64,000 nucleotides of DNA from the NCBI GenBank assembly GCA_964573235.1, contig CAZNIV010000001.1, forward strand, positions 3,709 through 67,708. The letters run 5' to 3'. Numbering within the stretch: position 1 is the stretch's first letter; every line of letters begins with the position of its first letter. Below the pieces are notes generated by a model. The model searched no databases. It was not told the origin of the DNA and saw only the letters and a program-made list of their open reading frames with translations. The position numbers and the translations under genes were made by a program. Positions 19,569 to 28,692 of the stretch are shown here, piece by piece. This DNA is from an uncultured Gammaproteobacteria bacterium. Its GTDB lineage: Bacteria; Patescibacteriota; Patescibacteriia; 2-01-FULL-39-33.

Positions 19569-21152
19569 TTAAATCAAACTCGTGCCCGTCATTTCTTTTG
19601 GCTGAGGCAAATTCATTACCTTTAAAATGGTTGGCGCCACATCAGATAAAATACCCGATGGCTGAACCAAACTCAAATCGGAACTTGGAGCATCCATGCC
19701 ACCCATCGTCTTGCCTTCCCACTCTTTGCCCACCACTACAAACGGCACCGGATAACTGCTATGTTCTTTATCTATTTCACCAGATTGCAAGTTAATTAAC
19801 TCTTCAGCATTGCCATGATCGGCGGTTAAAAACAAAATGCCATTTTTGGCCAAAACTAGTTCGCTGATTTGCTTAACGCAACCATCTACCACTTCGCACG
19901 CCTTAATGGTCGCTTTTAAATCCCCAGTATGCGCCACCATATCCAAATTAGCAAAATTAATCACGATAAAATCATATTTATCAGCCATAATGGCTTCACA
20001 AGTTTTTTTAGCAATTTCTTTTACTGACATTTCTGGCTTTTCAGCGTAAGAACTTACACGAGGTGACGGCACCAAAATCCTATCTTCACCTTTGAACTCT
20101 TCTTCTAAGCCACCATTAAAAAAGAAAGTGACATGGGCATATTTTTCTGTTTCGGCAATATGTAGTTGTGTTAAACCGGCGTCAGATATTACCTTAGCCA
20201 ATGGATCATGAATCAAATCTTGTTTAAAAGCCACCTCCACTGGCAAGTCTTTTTCATATTCCGTCATCGCCACAAAATACAAATCCTTCAAATATTCGCG
20301 CGGAAATTTTTCAAAACCAGGCAACACAAAAGCCTTAGTAATTTCACGAGCACGATCAGAACGATAATTAAAGAAAATTATGGAGTCGCCAGATTTAACT
20401 TGCGCCACCGGCTTGCCTTTTTTAGTAATGACTACCGGTATAAATTCTTCATCATAAACTTTTTTATCATAAGAAGCCTGAACCGCTTCGGTGGCGTCAT
20501 CAAAATAGTTGGTGGCCTTGCCTTGAGTCATAGCATCATAAGTTAAAGCAATACGCTCCCAATGATTATCGCGATCCATGGCATAAAAACGGCCAGACAA
20601 AGTGGCAATTTGCCCAATCTTATCTTTTTCTATTTTATGCTTAATTTTATTGATCATATCGATGCCAGAATTATACGGCATATCGCGACCATCCAAAAAA
20701 GCATGAATATAAACTCGATTAAATTTTTGCTTTTCACATAAATCTAATAAAGCAAATAAATGATTAAGCGAGCTATGCACCCCACCGGAAGAAGTTAAGC
20801 CCATAATATGCAAATCTCCTTTAGTTTTTTTAGCATGAGTAATAGCCACGACAAATTTTTCATTAACAAAAAAATCGCCACCAGAAATGGCGTGATCAAT
20901 TAATGGTAAATTCTGATAAAGCAACTTTCCTGATCCTAAATTTAAATGACCAACCTCGGAATTACCAAACTCACCCCATGGCAAACCAACAGACTCACCC
21001 GAAGCCTGAAGGGTTAAAGCGGGATAGCTTTTTAATAAATTATTCAGAGCTGGAGTATTAGCCGAAGAAATGGCATTAGAACGTGATAGCGGAGCCACTC
21101 CCCAACCATCAAGAATCAATAATACTACTGGCTTTAATCTCTTATTGGTCAT
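19569..21152 (-). CDS. gpmI: 2,3-bisphosphoglycerate-independent phosphoglycerate mutase (iPGM), copy A
   Basis: LLILDGWG; catalytic Ser motif GNSEVGHLNLG; full-length alkaline-phosphatase-superfamily iPGM. Confidence 0.85.
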   Translation of the reverse strand: MTNKRLKPVVLLILDGWGVAPLSRSNAISSANTPALNNLLKSYPALTLQASGESVGLPWGEFGNSEVGHLNLGSGKLLYQNLPLIDHAISGGDFFVNEKFVVAITHAKKTKGDLHIMGLTSSGGVHSSLNHLFALLDLCEKQKFNRVYIHAFLDGRDMPYNSGIDMINKIKHKIEKDKIGQIATLSGRFYAMDRDNHWERIALTYDAMTQGKATNYFDDATEAVQASYDKKVYDEEFIPVVITKKGKPVAQVKSGDSIIFFNYRSDRAREITKAFVLPGFEKFPREYLKDLYFVAMTEYEKDLPVEVAFKQDLIHDPLAKVISDAGLTQLHIAETEKYAHVTFFFNGGLEEEFKGEDRILVPSPRVSSYAEKPEMSVKEIAKKTCEAIMADKYDFIVINFANLDMVAHTGDLKATIKACEVVDGCVKQISELVLAKNGILFLTADHGNAEELINLQSGEIDKEHSSYPVPFVVVGKEWEGKTMGGMDAPSSDLSLVQPSGILSDVAPTILKVMNLPQPKEMTGTSLI

Positions 21153-21154
21153 AA

Positions 21155-22714
21155 CTACAATAAACTATCTTTAGTCATTAATGGATCTTTTTTAACTCCC
21201 ATTAATTTTAATATCGTTGGCGCCACATTACCCAGGCAACCGCCAGTTTTTAACTGAGTTTTATGATTAAAATCACGACCCACTAAAATAAATGGCACTT
21301 GATTACCTGTGTGTTCCGTAATAATTTCACCGGTTTCTAAATTAAGCATGTACTCTAGATTACCATGATCAGCGGTAATAATCAATGCACCCTTAGCTTT
21401 AAGCACGGCTTGTAACACTTTTTTGACATACTTGTCAACTGCCTCTGCCGCCTTAATTCCAGCCTTAAAATTACCCGTATGCCCTACCATATCCGGACAA
21501 GCAAAATTAGCGGCAATAAAATCATACTTGCGAAGCGCGCCTAAAATTTTAGTCGTAATTTGAGCCGTAGACATCACTGGCTTCAAATCATAAGAATCAA
21601 CCATTGGCGATGGCACCATTACCCGATCCTCGCCATCAATTTTATCAGCATAACCACCATTAAAAAAGTAAGTCATATGAGCATACTTTTCACTCTCGGC
21701 AATATAAATTTGTTTTTTATCTTTTAACGCTAACGGCAAAGTTTCTCTTACATCCTCTGATGGATAAGCAGTATAGATAGTATCCAGATCAGGACCAAAA
21801 TCAGTCATGGCTACAAACAATAAATCTTGCAAAACTTTCTTACGCTTCGGCGCCCCTAAATTTTTACCCTCAAAATCTTTCTGCACAAAAAGCTTCGTTA
21901 ATTGGCGCGCGCGATCAGAACGCAAATTGAAATACACCAGCGCATCTTTATCACTAATACGGGGCAACATCTTATCACCATCATACATAATTACCGGCTC
22001 AATAAATTCATCAGTCACATTGGCATTATACGCTCTAGTAATACCTTCTTGCGGACTATTCCCTTTATGGCCAACCCCAAGAACCATCGCTTCGTAAGCC
22101 TTATTATTCCTATCCCAAGATTTTTTTCGATCCATAGCATAAAAACGACCAATTATAGTGGCAATTTTTTCTTTTGGGGTTAAAAATCTTTCTAAGGCCT
22201 CTACCGCCTTTAAAGCCGAGCGCGGTGGAGAATCACGACCATCAGTAAATAAGTGTAAATAAATATTACCCGTTGTAACGCGCCTAAAAACCATCAAAAG
22301 AGCCATTAAATGATCTGGACTACTGTGTGGACTTTGATCAGTAGACAATAAACCCATTAAATGAATGTTAGATTTATTATTTTCAACATGCTTAATCGCC
22401 GCCAAAAAAGCCGGGTTTTTAAAAAATTCACCCGTGCTAATTTGCTTAGAAATTTTTACCACATCCTGATCCACAATTCGGCCAGCGCCAAGATTAAGAT
22501 GACCCGCTTCAGAATTACCCACCTGCCCTAACGGCAAACCAACAGGCAAACCAGAAGCTTCCAAAGTAACCCATGGGTATTTACGATACAAACCATTGAT
22601 CGTTGGGGTTTTGGCCATGAAAATCGCATTAGACGCATCCGATTTCCCCAATCCCCAACCATCAAGAATTAGTAAAACAACTTTTTTATAAATTGGCGCT
22701 TTAGCTTTAGCCAT
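21155..22714 (-). CDS. gpmI: 2,3-bisphosphoglycerate-independent phosphoglycerate mutase (iPGM), divergent copy B
   Basis: LLILDGWG; GNSEAGHLNLG; roughly 40% identity to copy A; placed 2 nt upstream of copy A. Confidence 0.8.
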   Translation of the reverse strand: MAKAKAPIYKKVVLLILDGWGLGKSDASNAIFMAKTPTINGLYRKYPWVTLEASGLPVGLPLGQVGNSEAGHLNLGAGRIVDQDVVKISKQISTGEFFKNPAFLAAIKHVENNKSNIHLMGLLSTDQSPHSSPDHLMALLMVFRRVTTGNIYLHLFTDGRDSPPRSALKAVEALERFLTPKEKIATIIGRFYAMDRKKSWDRNNKAYEAMVLGVGHKGNSPQEGITRAYNANVTDEFIEPVIMYDGDKMLPRISDKDALVYFNLRSDRARQLTKLFVQKDFEGKNLGAPKRKKVLQDLLFVAMTDFGPDLDTIYTAYPSEDVRETLPLALKDKKQIYIAESEKYAHMTYFFNGGYADKIDGEDRVMVPSPMVDSYDLKPVMSTAQITTKILGALRKYDFIAANFACPDMVGHTGNFKAGIKAAEAVDKYVKKVLQAVLKAKGALIITADHGNLEYMLNLETGEIITEHTGNQVPFILVGRDFNHKTQLKTGGCLGNVAPTILKLMGVKKDPLMTKDSLL

Positions 22715-22720
22715 TTTTTA

Positions 22721-23977
22721 TTAAGCTAATTTTAATTCTTCAGCAATTTCCATCAAACGATTATATTTAGTCACCCTTTCAGCGCGACATAAAGAACCAG
22801 TCTTAATATATTCAGCGTTAGAAGCGACTGCTAAATCAGCGATAAAATCATCGACAGTTTCACCTGAACGATGAGAAACAGCGATACTATATTTATGTTT
22901 CTGTGCTAATTTCATACATTCAACAGTTTCGGAAACGGTACCAATTTGATTTAACTTAATCAAAATAGAATTAGCAATATGCTTTTTAATACCTTCAGCT
23001 AAAATTTTTGGATTGGTCACAAACAAATCATCACCAACCAAGCCAATTTTATCGCCCAAAACTTTAGTCAACATAGCCCAACCAGTCCAATCACTTTCAC
23101 CTAAACCATCTTCCAAAGTTTCAATTGGATATTTTTCAGTCCAACCCTTATACATTTCTACCATTTCAGCCGAAGTGCGCTGTTTGCCATCCGCCTTCAT
23201 GTCATAAATATCATTTTCATGAAATTCGGAAGCGGCCGCATCAATAGAAATACGCACATCAGAACCAAATTTATAACCAGCAGTTTCTACGGCTTTAGCA
23301 ATAGTTTGCAAGGCCATTTCATTACCCGCTAATTTAGGTGCATAACCACCCTCGTCACCAACAGTAATTGGAAAACCATCCGCTTTTAAAATCTTTTTTA
23401 AGGTATGAAAAATCTCCGCGCCACAACGAACCGCTTCGTGAATATTTGTTTGTTGCGGAGTAACCATAAATTCCTGAATATCAATAGACCAACCGGCATG
23501 AGCGCCACCATTCATAATATTCATCATTGGCTTAGGAAACTTCCAACCATCCAATTTCTTCCAATATTTTTCTCTCAAATAAGCGTATAATGGCTTTTTA
23601 CTAGCAATCGCTGCGGCACGACAAACGGCCAAAGACACACCCAACATCGCATTGGCTCCAAGATTGCCCTTATTATCCGTGTTATCCAACTCAATCATTA
23701 AGGCATCAATCTCTTTTTGCTTTTTAGGATTCATTCCAATTAAGCGTGGAGCGATAATATTATTAACATTAGAAACTGCTTTTAAAACACCCAAACCATT
23801 GTAACGCGCTTTATCACCGTCACGCAATTCTAATGCTTCACGGCTACCAGTAGAGGCTCCCGAAGGCACACCAGCCCAAGCTTTGATTTTATTAGACAAA
23901 ACTACTTCTACTTCTACCGTTGGGTTGCCACGAGAATCTAAAATTTCTCTGGCAGTAATCTTTGCAATGGTTGCCAT
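22721..23977 (-). CDS. eno: Enolase
   Basis: 418 aa; canonical enolase motifs (SIDIQEFM, IKLNQIGT, SHRSGETED-like SHRSGETVD). Confidence 0.9.
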   Translation of the reverse strand: MATIAKITAREILDSRGNPTVEVEVVLSNKIKAWAGVPSGASTGSREALELRDGDKARYNGLGVLKAVSNVNNIIAPRLIGMNPKKQKEIDALMIELDNTDNKGNLGANAMLGVSLAVCRAAAIASKKPLYAYLREKYWKKLDGWKFPKPMMNIMNGGAHAGWSIDIQEFMVTPQQTNIHEAVRCGAEIFHTLKKILKADGFPITVGDEGGYAPKLAGNEMALQTIAKAVETAGYKFGSDVRISIDAAASEFHENDIYDMKADGKQRTSAEMVEMYKGWTEKYPIETLEDGLGESDWTGWAMLTKVLGDKIGLVGDDLFVTNPKILAEGIKKHIANSILIKLNQIGTVSETVECMKLAQKHKYSIAVSHRSGETVDDFIADLAVASNAEYIKTGSLCRAERVTKYNRLMEIAEELKLA

Positions 23978-23991
23978 ACTTTATATTTTAT

Positions 23992-24798
23992 TTATTTTAT
24001 TTCATAAGTAACTGAAACCTCAACTGTAATATCCTGAGTTCCAGACTCAATCACGGCCGTTGGCGCAACTGCCTTATCTACACTGCCCGCCATCATGTCC
24101 GAGCGATAATAATTAATTGGACTTGGTACATAACCACTACCCTCAGTAAAGCTAACTACAGAGCCCAATTTAACGCCAAGCTGTTTAGCTAATTCATTAG
24201 CCTTGTCTTTAGCTTGCTTGATTGCCAAATTTCTCGCTTGCACTTTTAACTCAGTTGGATCATCAATGGTAAATTGTGGACCATTAACGCTATTAGCACC
24301 CAAAGATCCAGCATTGGTTAAAATATCACCGATATTATCAAAATTTCTTACCTTTACTTCAACATTTTGACTAACTGTATAGCCAATAATTTTAGATTGA
24401 TTATTAGACCAATCATACCTTGGCTGAATAGAATAATTATCAGTCTTAATATCTTTAGCCTCAACTTTAAATTGAGATTTAACTGTGTCCATAATCTTAT
24501 TCATCTTGGTATTATTGTCTTTTTGCGCCTCAGTTACCGTAGATTTTTCAGAAATCACACCAATATTAATAACCGCTACGTCTGGAGTAGCTGAAACCTT
24601 GCCTGTACCATTAAACGCGATTTGATTTTTATAATCTGGAGTTTTACCAATGAAATCATAAGATTTAAAAGAATTACGAGCTAATCCTAATAAATAAAAC
24701 CCTAGGACCACCAAAACTAAAATTGCAAAAGCCCCGGCAACTTTATGACCAATAGCACAGCCACAAACGCCATTAGAACAACATTTTTCCTCGTTCAT
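23992..24798 (-). CDS. SIMPL-domain (DUF541) protein with N-terminal Cys cluster and one TM helix
   Basis: MNEEKCCSNGVCGCAIGH followed by a TM helix, then an SIMPL-like ectodomain. Confidence 0.55.
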   Translation of the reverse strand: MNEEKCCSNGVCGCAIGHKVAGAFAILVLVVLGFYLLGLARNSFKSYDFIGKTPDYKNQIAFNGTGKVSATPDVAVINIGVISEKSTVTEAQKDNNTKMNKIMDTVKSQFKVEAKDIKTDNYSIQPRYDWSNNQSKIIGYTVSQNVEVKVRNFDNIGDILTNAGSLGANSVNGPQFTIDDPTELKVQARNLAIKQAKDKANELAKQLGVKLGSVVSFTEGSGYVPSPINYYRSDMMAGSVDKAVAPTAVIESGTQDITVEVSVTYEIK

Positions 24799-24813
24799 AT
24801 TTTTTAGTTATTA

Positions 24814-26004
24814 CTAAAACTTAATTAATTTAGATAAACCCGGTAATTCTTTACCTTCTAAAAACTCTAACATCGCTCCGCCACCAGTAGAAATAAAATT
24901 GAATTTCTTTTCTAACCCCATTTTGCGAATCATTTGCACTGTTTCACCACCACCAACAATCTTCTCCCCCTTGGCTTTGGCTAACAATTTAATAATTGCC
25001 TCGGTGCCTTTTGTAAAAGTTGGATTTTCAATCAATCCCATCGGGCCATTCCAAACAATCATCTTAGCTTGTTTAATGATACTAGCATAAAGCTGGATAG
25101 TATCCGGACCAATATCTAGAATTATTTCATTTTCTTTTACTTTTGCCAAGGCACCCAATCGCCCATGACTACTTTTAAAACTTTTAGCCATTAAACCATC
25201 AACTGGCACCACTAATTTATTTTCCGTTAGCTCAATGTTTTTAATTTCTTCTTCCATGTCTTTTTCTACTAGCGACTTACCTACCGAAACGCCCTTAATC
25301 AACAAAACGGTATTGGCCAAAGCGCCACCAAGCAAAATTTTGCTCGCCACCTTTAAAAAATTCTTAATTACCTTAATTTTAGTGGAAATTTTTGCCCCAC
25401 CAATAATCGCCACCATCGGCTTTTTGGGTTTATATAATGCCTTAGATAAATTAACCACCTCTGATTCTAACAATAAACCGGCATAACTAGGCAAAAATTC
25501 CTGAATCGTAGAAACCGAAGCTTGGGCGCGATGATCAACCGCAAAAGCGTCATTAACATAAATATCAGCCAAACTAGCTAATTGTTTCGCAAACTCCTGA
25601 TCAGCTTGCTCTTCACGCGCATCAAAACGAATATTTTCTAACATCAAAATATCACCATTTTTCATTTTAGCGATCAATCTATTGGTTTCTTCTCCAATAA
25701 TTACTGAACTCTTTTTAACTTTTTTCTTTAATAAATTGGATAATCTTTTAACCACCGGTGTTAAGCGCAAATCTTCTACTACTTTACTATCTGGTCGCCC
25801 CAAGTGGGCCATCAATATTAATTTTGCCCCTTTTTTAGCCAAAAATTTAAGTGTCGGCAAGGTTTTTACAATGCGATAATCTTCACTTTTGCCCACCTTT
25901 CCGTCTTTAGTTAGTGGCACATTAAAATCCACGCGAATCAATACGCGCTTCCCTTTCCAATTTTTAACTTGTTTTATAGACTTTATTTTCATAGCGTTTA
26001 ACAT
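24814..26004 (-). CDS. pgk: Phosphoglycerate kinase
   Basis: 396 aa; RVDFNVP, GGGA, GGGETV motifs. Confidence 0.9.
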   Translation of the reverse strand: MLNAMKIKSIKQVKNWKGKRVLIRVDFNVPLTKDGKVGKSEDYRIVKTLPTLKFLAKKGAKLILMAHLGRPDSKVVEDLRLTPVVKRLSNLLKKKVKKSSVIIGEETNRLIAKMKNGDILMLENIRFDAREEQADQEFAKQLASLADIYVNDAFAVDHRAQASVSTIQEFLPSYAGLLLESEVVNLSKALYKPKKPMVAIIGGAKISTKIKVIKNFLKVASKILLGGALANTVLLIKGVSVGKSLVEKDMEEEIKNIELTENKLVVPVDGLMAKSFKSSHGRLGALAKVKENEIILDIGPDTIQLYASIIKQAKMIVWNGPMGLIENPTFTKGTEAIIKLLAKAKGEKIVGGGETVQMIRKMGLEKKFNFISTGGGAMLEFLEGKELPGLSKLIKF

Positions 26005-26035
26005 TTTATCATAAATTTAACCAAAAACGAAAGGG

Positions 26036-26293
26036 TTACTTATCCCCCTCAATCTCTCTTAAAATCCAACTATGCCCTGTAATCTTATTAATTTTTAACA
26101 CTATCCCCTCAGCTAAAGTACCTTTAGATAACATATCCACATTAAATTTAACATTTTCTGGTAACACTTCTTCGCCATGTTCTACGATGGAACCCAAATC
26201 TACTGTCGCCGATTTAACGTTATTTAAACTATTTTTTTCAGCATGCTCTAAAATAGTTTTAAAAATAATATCTGCTAAGTGAAAATCGTGCAT
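26036..26293 (-). CDS. hypA: HypA-like nickel metallochaperone N-domain protein lacking the zinc-finger domain
   Basis: Probable start MHDFHL (internal Met of the track ORF 26036..26329). It aligns to the HypA N-terminal domain (MHE...KHGAKRVT..V.LKIGAFS...LAFCF..V..GSVAEG..L). No CxxC...CxxC follows, and the next gene starts 31 nt downstream. Confidence 0.5.
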   Translation of the reverse strand: MHDFHLADIIFKTILEHAEKNSLNNVKSATVDLGSIVEHGEEVLPENVKFNVDMLSKGTLAEGIVLKINKITGHSWILREIEGDK

Positions 26294-26304
26294 AATAATT
26301 TTAA

Positions 26305-27591
26305 TTAATGAGTAGCACAAGAAATGCAAGGATCATAAGCACGAATCAAAGCGCGGATTTTTAGTGATCGTTTTTTGGCATCCATCTTAATCACATCTGG
26401 TAAATAAGTTTTAATATCTTCTTCTAGATTACGCAGAAAAGAACAAGTTGGTGTAATGATATCACAATTAGTGATAAAACCATTAGCGTCAATTTCATAA
26501 TGATGATACAAGGTGCCTCGAGGAGCTTCTACTGCCGCCGCCCCAATACATAATTTACCAAGTGGATTAGCCCCGGCCACGATACCCAGTTCTGCTAACC
26601 GACTAGCTTCGGGCTTAATTTCTGCCACCAAGTGTGTTAATAATTTACCCACCTCTTCTACGGCATGCAAAACCTCAATTGCTTGCGCGGTAATATTACA
26701 GAAACTATTGTATTGTGGTAATTCCCAATTTAAACTTTTTAAAACTCCTGCCGCCAAAGGATTTAGTTTTTGATGATTCAAATTTATTCTAGCTAACGCG
26801 CCAACCATAAACGGTTCGCCCTTTAGTGTAGCTGATTTAGCATGACGATACGGTTCTTCAATTTCTTTAATATTCTTAGCAAAGTTAACCGCTGGCACTT
26901 TTTTAAAACCACCCAAATTCAAATCACCATCATAAATAGCATAATTATGATCGGCCGATAACGCCACATGTTTAGTGGTACGAGAAAATTTAGGGTATTT
27001 AATTTTTAACACTAAGTGAATTAAGGATAAGGAGTCTTTCAATACCGCTTGATATTGACCCAAAAGCACTTGCAATTCCTCTTTATTTGGTGTCACCTTA
27101 AATCCACCCACTTCGGAATTAATCGGATGAATAGCGCGACCACCAATCACTTCAATAATCTTTAGCGCCCAATCACGAACGCGCATCGCACTTTGAGTTT
27201 CTTTAGGATATTGTTTAATTAATTGCAAATCATTTTCAATATCAAAAAAATCAGCTAACGATAAAAAAAATAAATGAAGCGCATGTGAGTGAATAATTTG
27301 CGCCATCGACATAGCCTGTCTGAGCTTAACCGTTTGTTCACTAACTTTAATATCTAAAGCATTTTCAATTGCCTTAATTGAGGTTAAATTATGCACCACC
27401 GGACAAATACCACAAATACGCGCCGTGACAATTGGCGCCTCTGTAAAATGACGACCAACCAAAATCCCCTCGATCAACCTCGTGCCCTCAGCCGTTAACA
27501 ACTTAGCCGATTTAACATCGCCATTCATAATCTCAGCCACAAAATCAGTGTGACCTTCCATTTTACCAATATGATTGATTTGGATTTTCAT
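26305..27591 (-). CDS. hydA: [NiFe]-hydrogenase large (alpha) subunit, group 3 (3b-like)
   Basis: L1 motif RICGICPVVH near the N-terminus; L2 motif DPCISCATH is the extreme C-terminus, so there is no cleavable extension; 428 aa. Confidence 0.85.
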   Translation of the reverse strand: MKIQINHIGKMEGHTDFVAEIMNGDVKSAKLLTAEGTRLIEGILVGRHFTEAPIVTARICGICPVVHNLTSIKAIENALDIKVSEQTVKLRQAMSMAQIIHSHALHLFFLSLADFFDIENDLQLIKQYPKETQSAMRVRDWALKIIEVIGGRAIHPINSEVGGFKVTPNKEELQVLLGQYQAVLKDSLSLIHLVLKIKYPKFSRTTKHVALSADHNYAIYDGDLNLGGFKKVPAVNFAKNIKEIEEPYRHAKSATLKGEPFMVGALARINLNHQKLNPLAAGVLKSLNWELPQYNSFCNITAQAIEVLHAVEEVGKLLTHLVAEIKPEASRLAELGIVAGANPLGKLCIGAAAVEAPRGTLYHHYEIDANGFITNCDIITPTCSFLRNLEEDIKTYLPDVIKMDAKKRSLKIRALIRAYDPCISCATH

Positions 27592-27594
27592 ATC

Positions 27595-27849
27595 TTAAAT
27601 AAAAATTTTAATAACTAAAAGTCCAACCACTATTCCCAACACATTAAACAACATATCCAAACTACTTTCTTTTAAATCATTAGTACGCATAAACTGATCA
27701 CTAATTTCTTTAGTCAAACCAACCGCCAAAGAAAATAAAACCGCCGCCAAATAACTACCAGAAATCGCATAAACCGTACTTGACATCATTGAAGAAATTA
27801 AAAAATGCGCTACCTTGTCATAATTATTTGTCAGCCTTAGGTAAAACAT
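27595..27849 (-). CDS. Small (84 aa) two-TM membrane protein encoded between the hydrogenase small and large subunit genes
   Basis: It fills the 232-nt gap between the delta and alpha genes. It has two hydrophobic helices. The start may be an internal Met, which would reduce the 26-nt overlap with the delta gene. Confidence 0.4.
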   Translation of the reverse strand: MFYLRLTNNYDKVAHFLISSMMSSTVYAISGSYLAAVLFSLAVGLTKEISDQFMRTNDLKESSLDMLFNVLGIVVGLLVIKIFI

Positions 27850-28654
27850 TTATTTTCTTTTTAATCACTTTTTTAGTTGCCTTCTGTTCTTTAGACCATT
27901 CTTGCATGATTGTATCTTTAGCGCCAAATACTTCCATTACGCGATCAACTTGTTTTTTTGTAAATTTAGACAATAAATAAGCCATCAAATTACTCACTTG
28001 CGCGCCCTCAAATAACCCGCGACAACCCCAACAAGCCTGTTTACTCTTCAAGCACACTGCTTCACAGCCACCCAAGGTTATTGGCCCTAAGCAAATTTGA
28101 CCTTTTTGCAATAAACACTCATAACCTAATTTTTGACATTCGTAACATACCGGATTTTGCGAAATTCTTGGTTTACGCCCAGCCAATAACTGATAACCAA
28201 TTTCCATAAACTCTTTACCGGTAATTGGGCAGCCAGGAATAGTCAAATCTACTTTCACAAAATTATCCACTTCTTTGATATCTGGATTAGGCACCTTAAT
28301 ATCATGATAAACTTGTTTAATCGTCTTTTTCTTATCGCCATAGTTTTTCATCTCCCAAACACCGCCTAGCGCCGCGCAATTGCCCAGCACTACCAAAAAA
28401 TCAGATTGCTGACGTAATAATTTTAATAGTTTAATATTTTCTTCTGTCACCGGATTACCTTCCACAAAACAAATATCAAACCGACGCGCCGTCATTGGCT
28501 CATCTTCAATTAATCTAAATTCTTCCACCTCAAAATTTTTCAACCAACTTAAAAATCTTGGACCTTCATCCAACATAGCAAATTGGCACCCTTCACAAGA
28601 GGTTAAGCCCACAATAGCAATTTTTAATTTTGTAGTTTTATTTTTTGCCTTCAT
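27824..28654 (-). CDS. hydD: [NiFe]-hydrogenase small (delta) subunit, group 3
   Basis: SCEGCQ proximal-cluster motif, GNCAALGG, IPGCPI, and a C-terminal Cys-rich region for the medial/distal clusters. Confidence 0.8.
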   Translation of the reverse strand: MKAKNKTTKLKIAIVGLTSCEGCQFAMLDEGPRFLSWLKNFEVEEFRLIEDEPMTARRFDICFVEGNPVTEENIKLLKLLRQQSDFLVVLGNCAALGGVWEMKNYGDKKKTIKQVYHDIKVPNPDIKEVDNFVKVDLTIPGCPITGKEFMEIGYQLLAGRKPRISQNPVCYECQKLGYECLLQKGQICLGPITLGGCEAVCLKSKQACWGCRGLFEGAQVSNLMAYLLSKFTKKQVDRVMEVFGAKDTIMQEWSKEQKATKKVIKKKINVLPKADK

Positions 28655-28692
28655 ACTATATATATTTTAGCAAATTTTTACACTTTAGGCGA

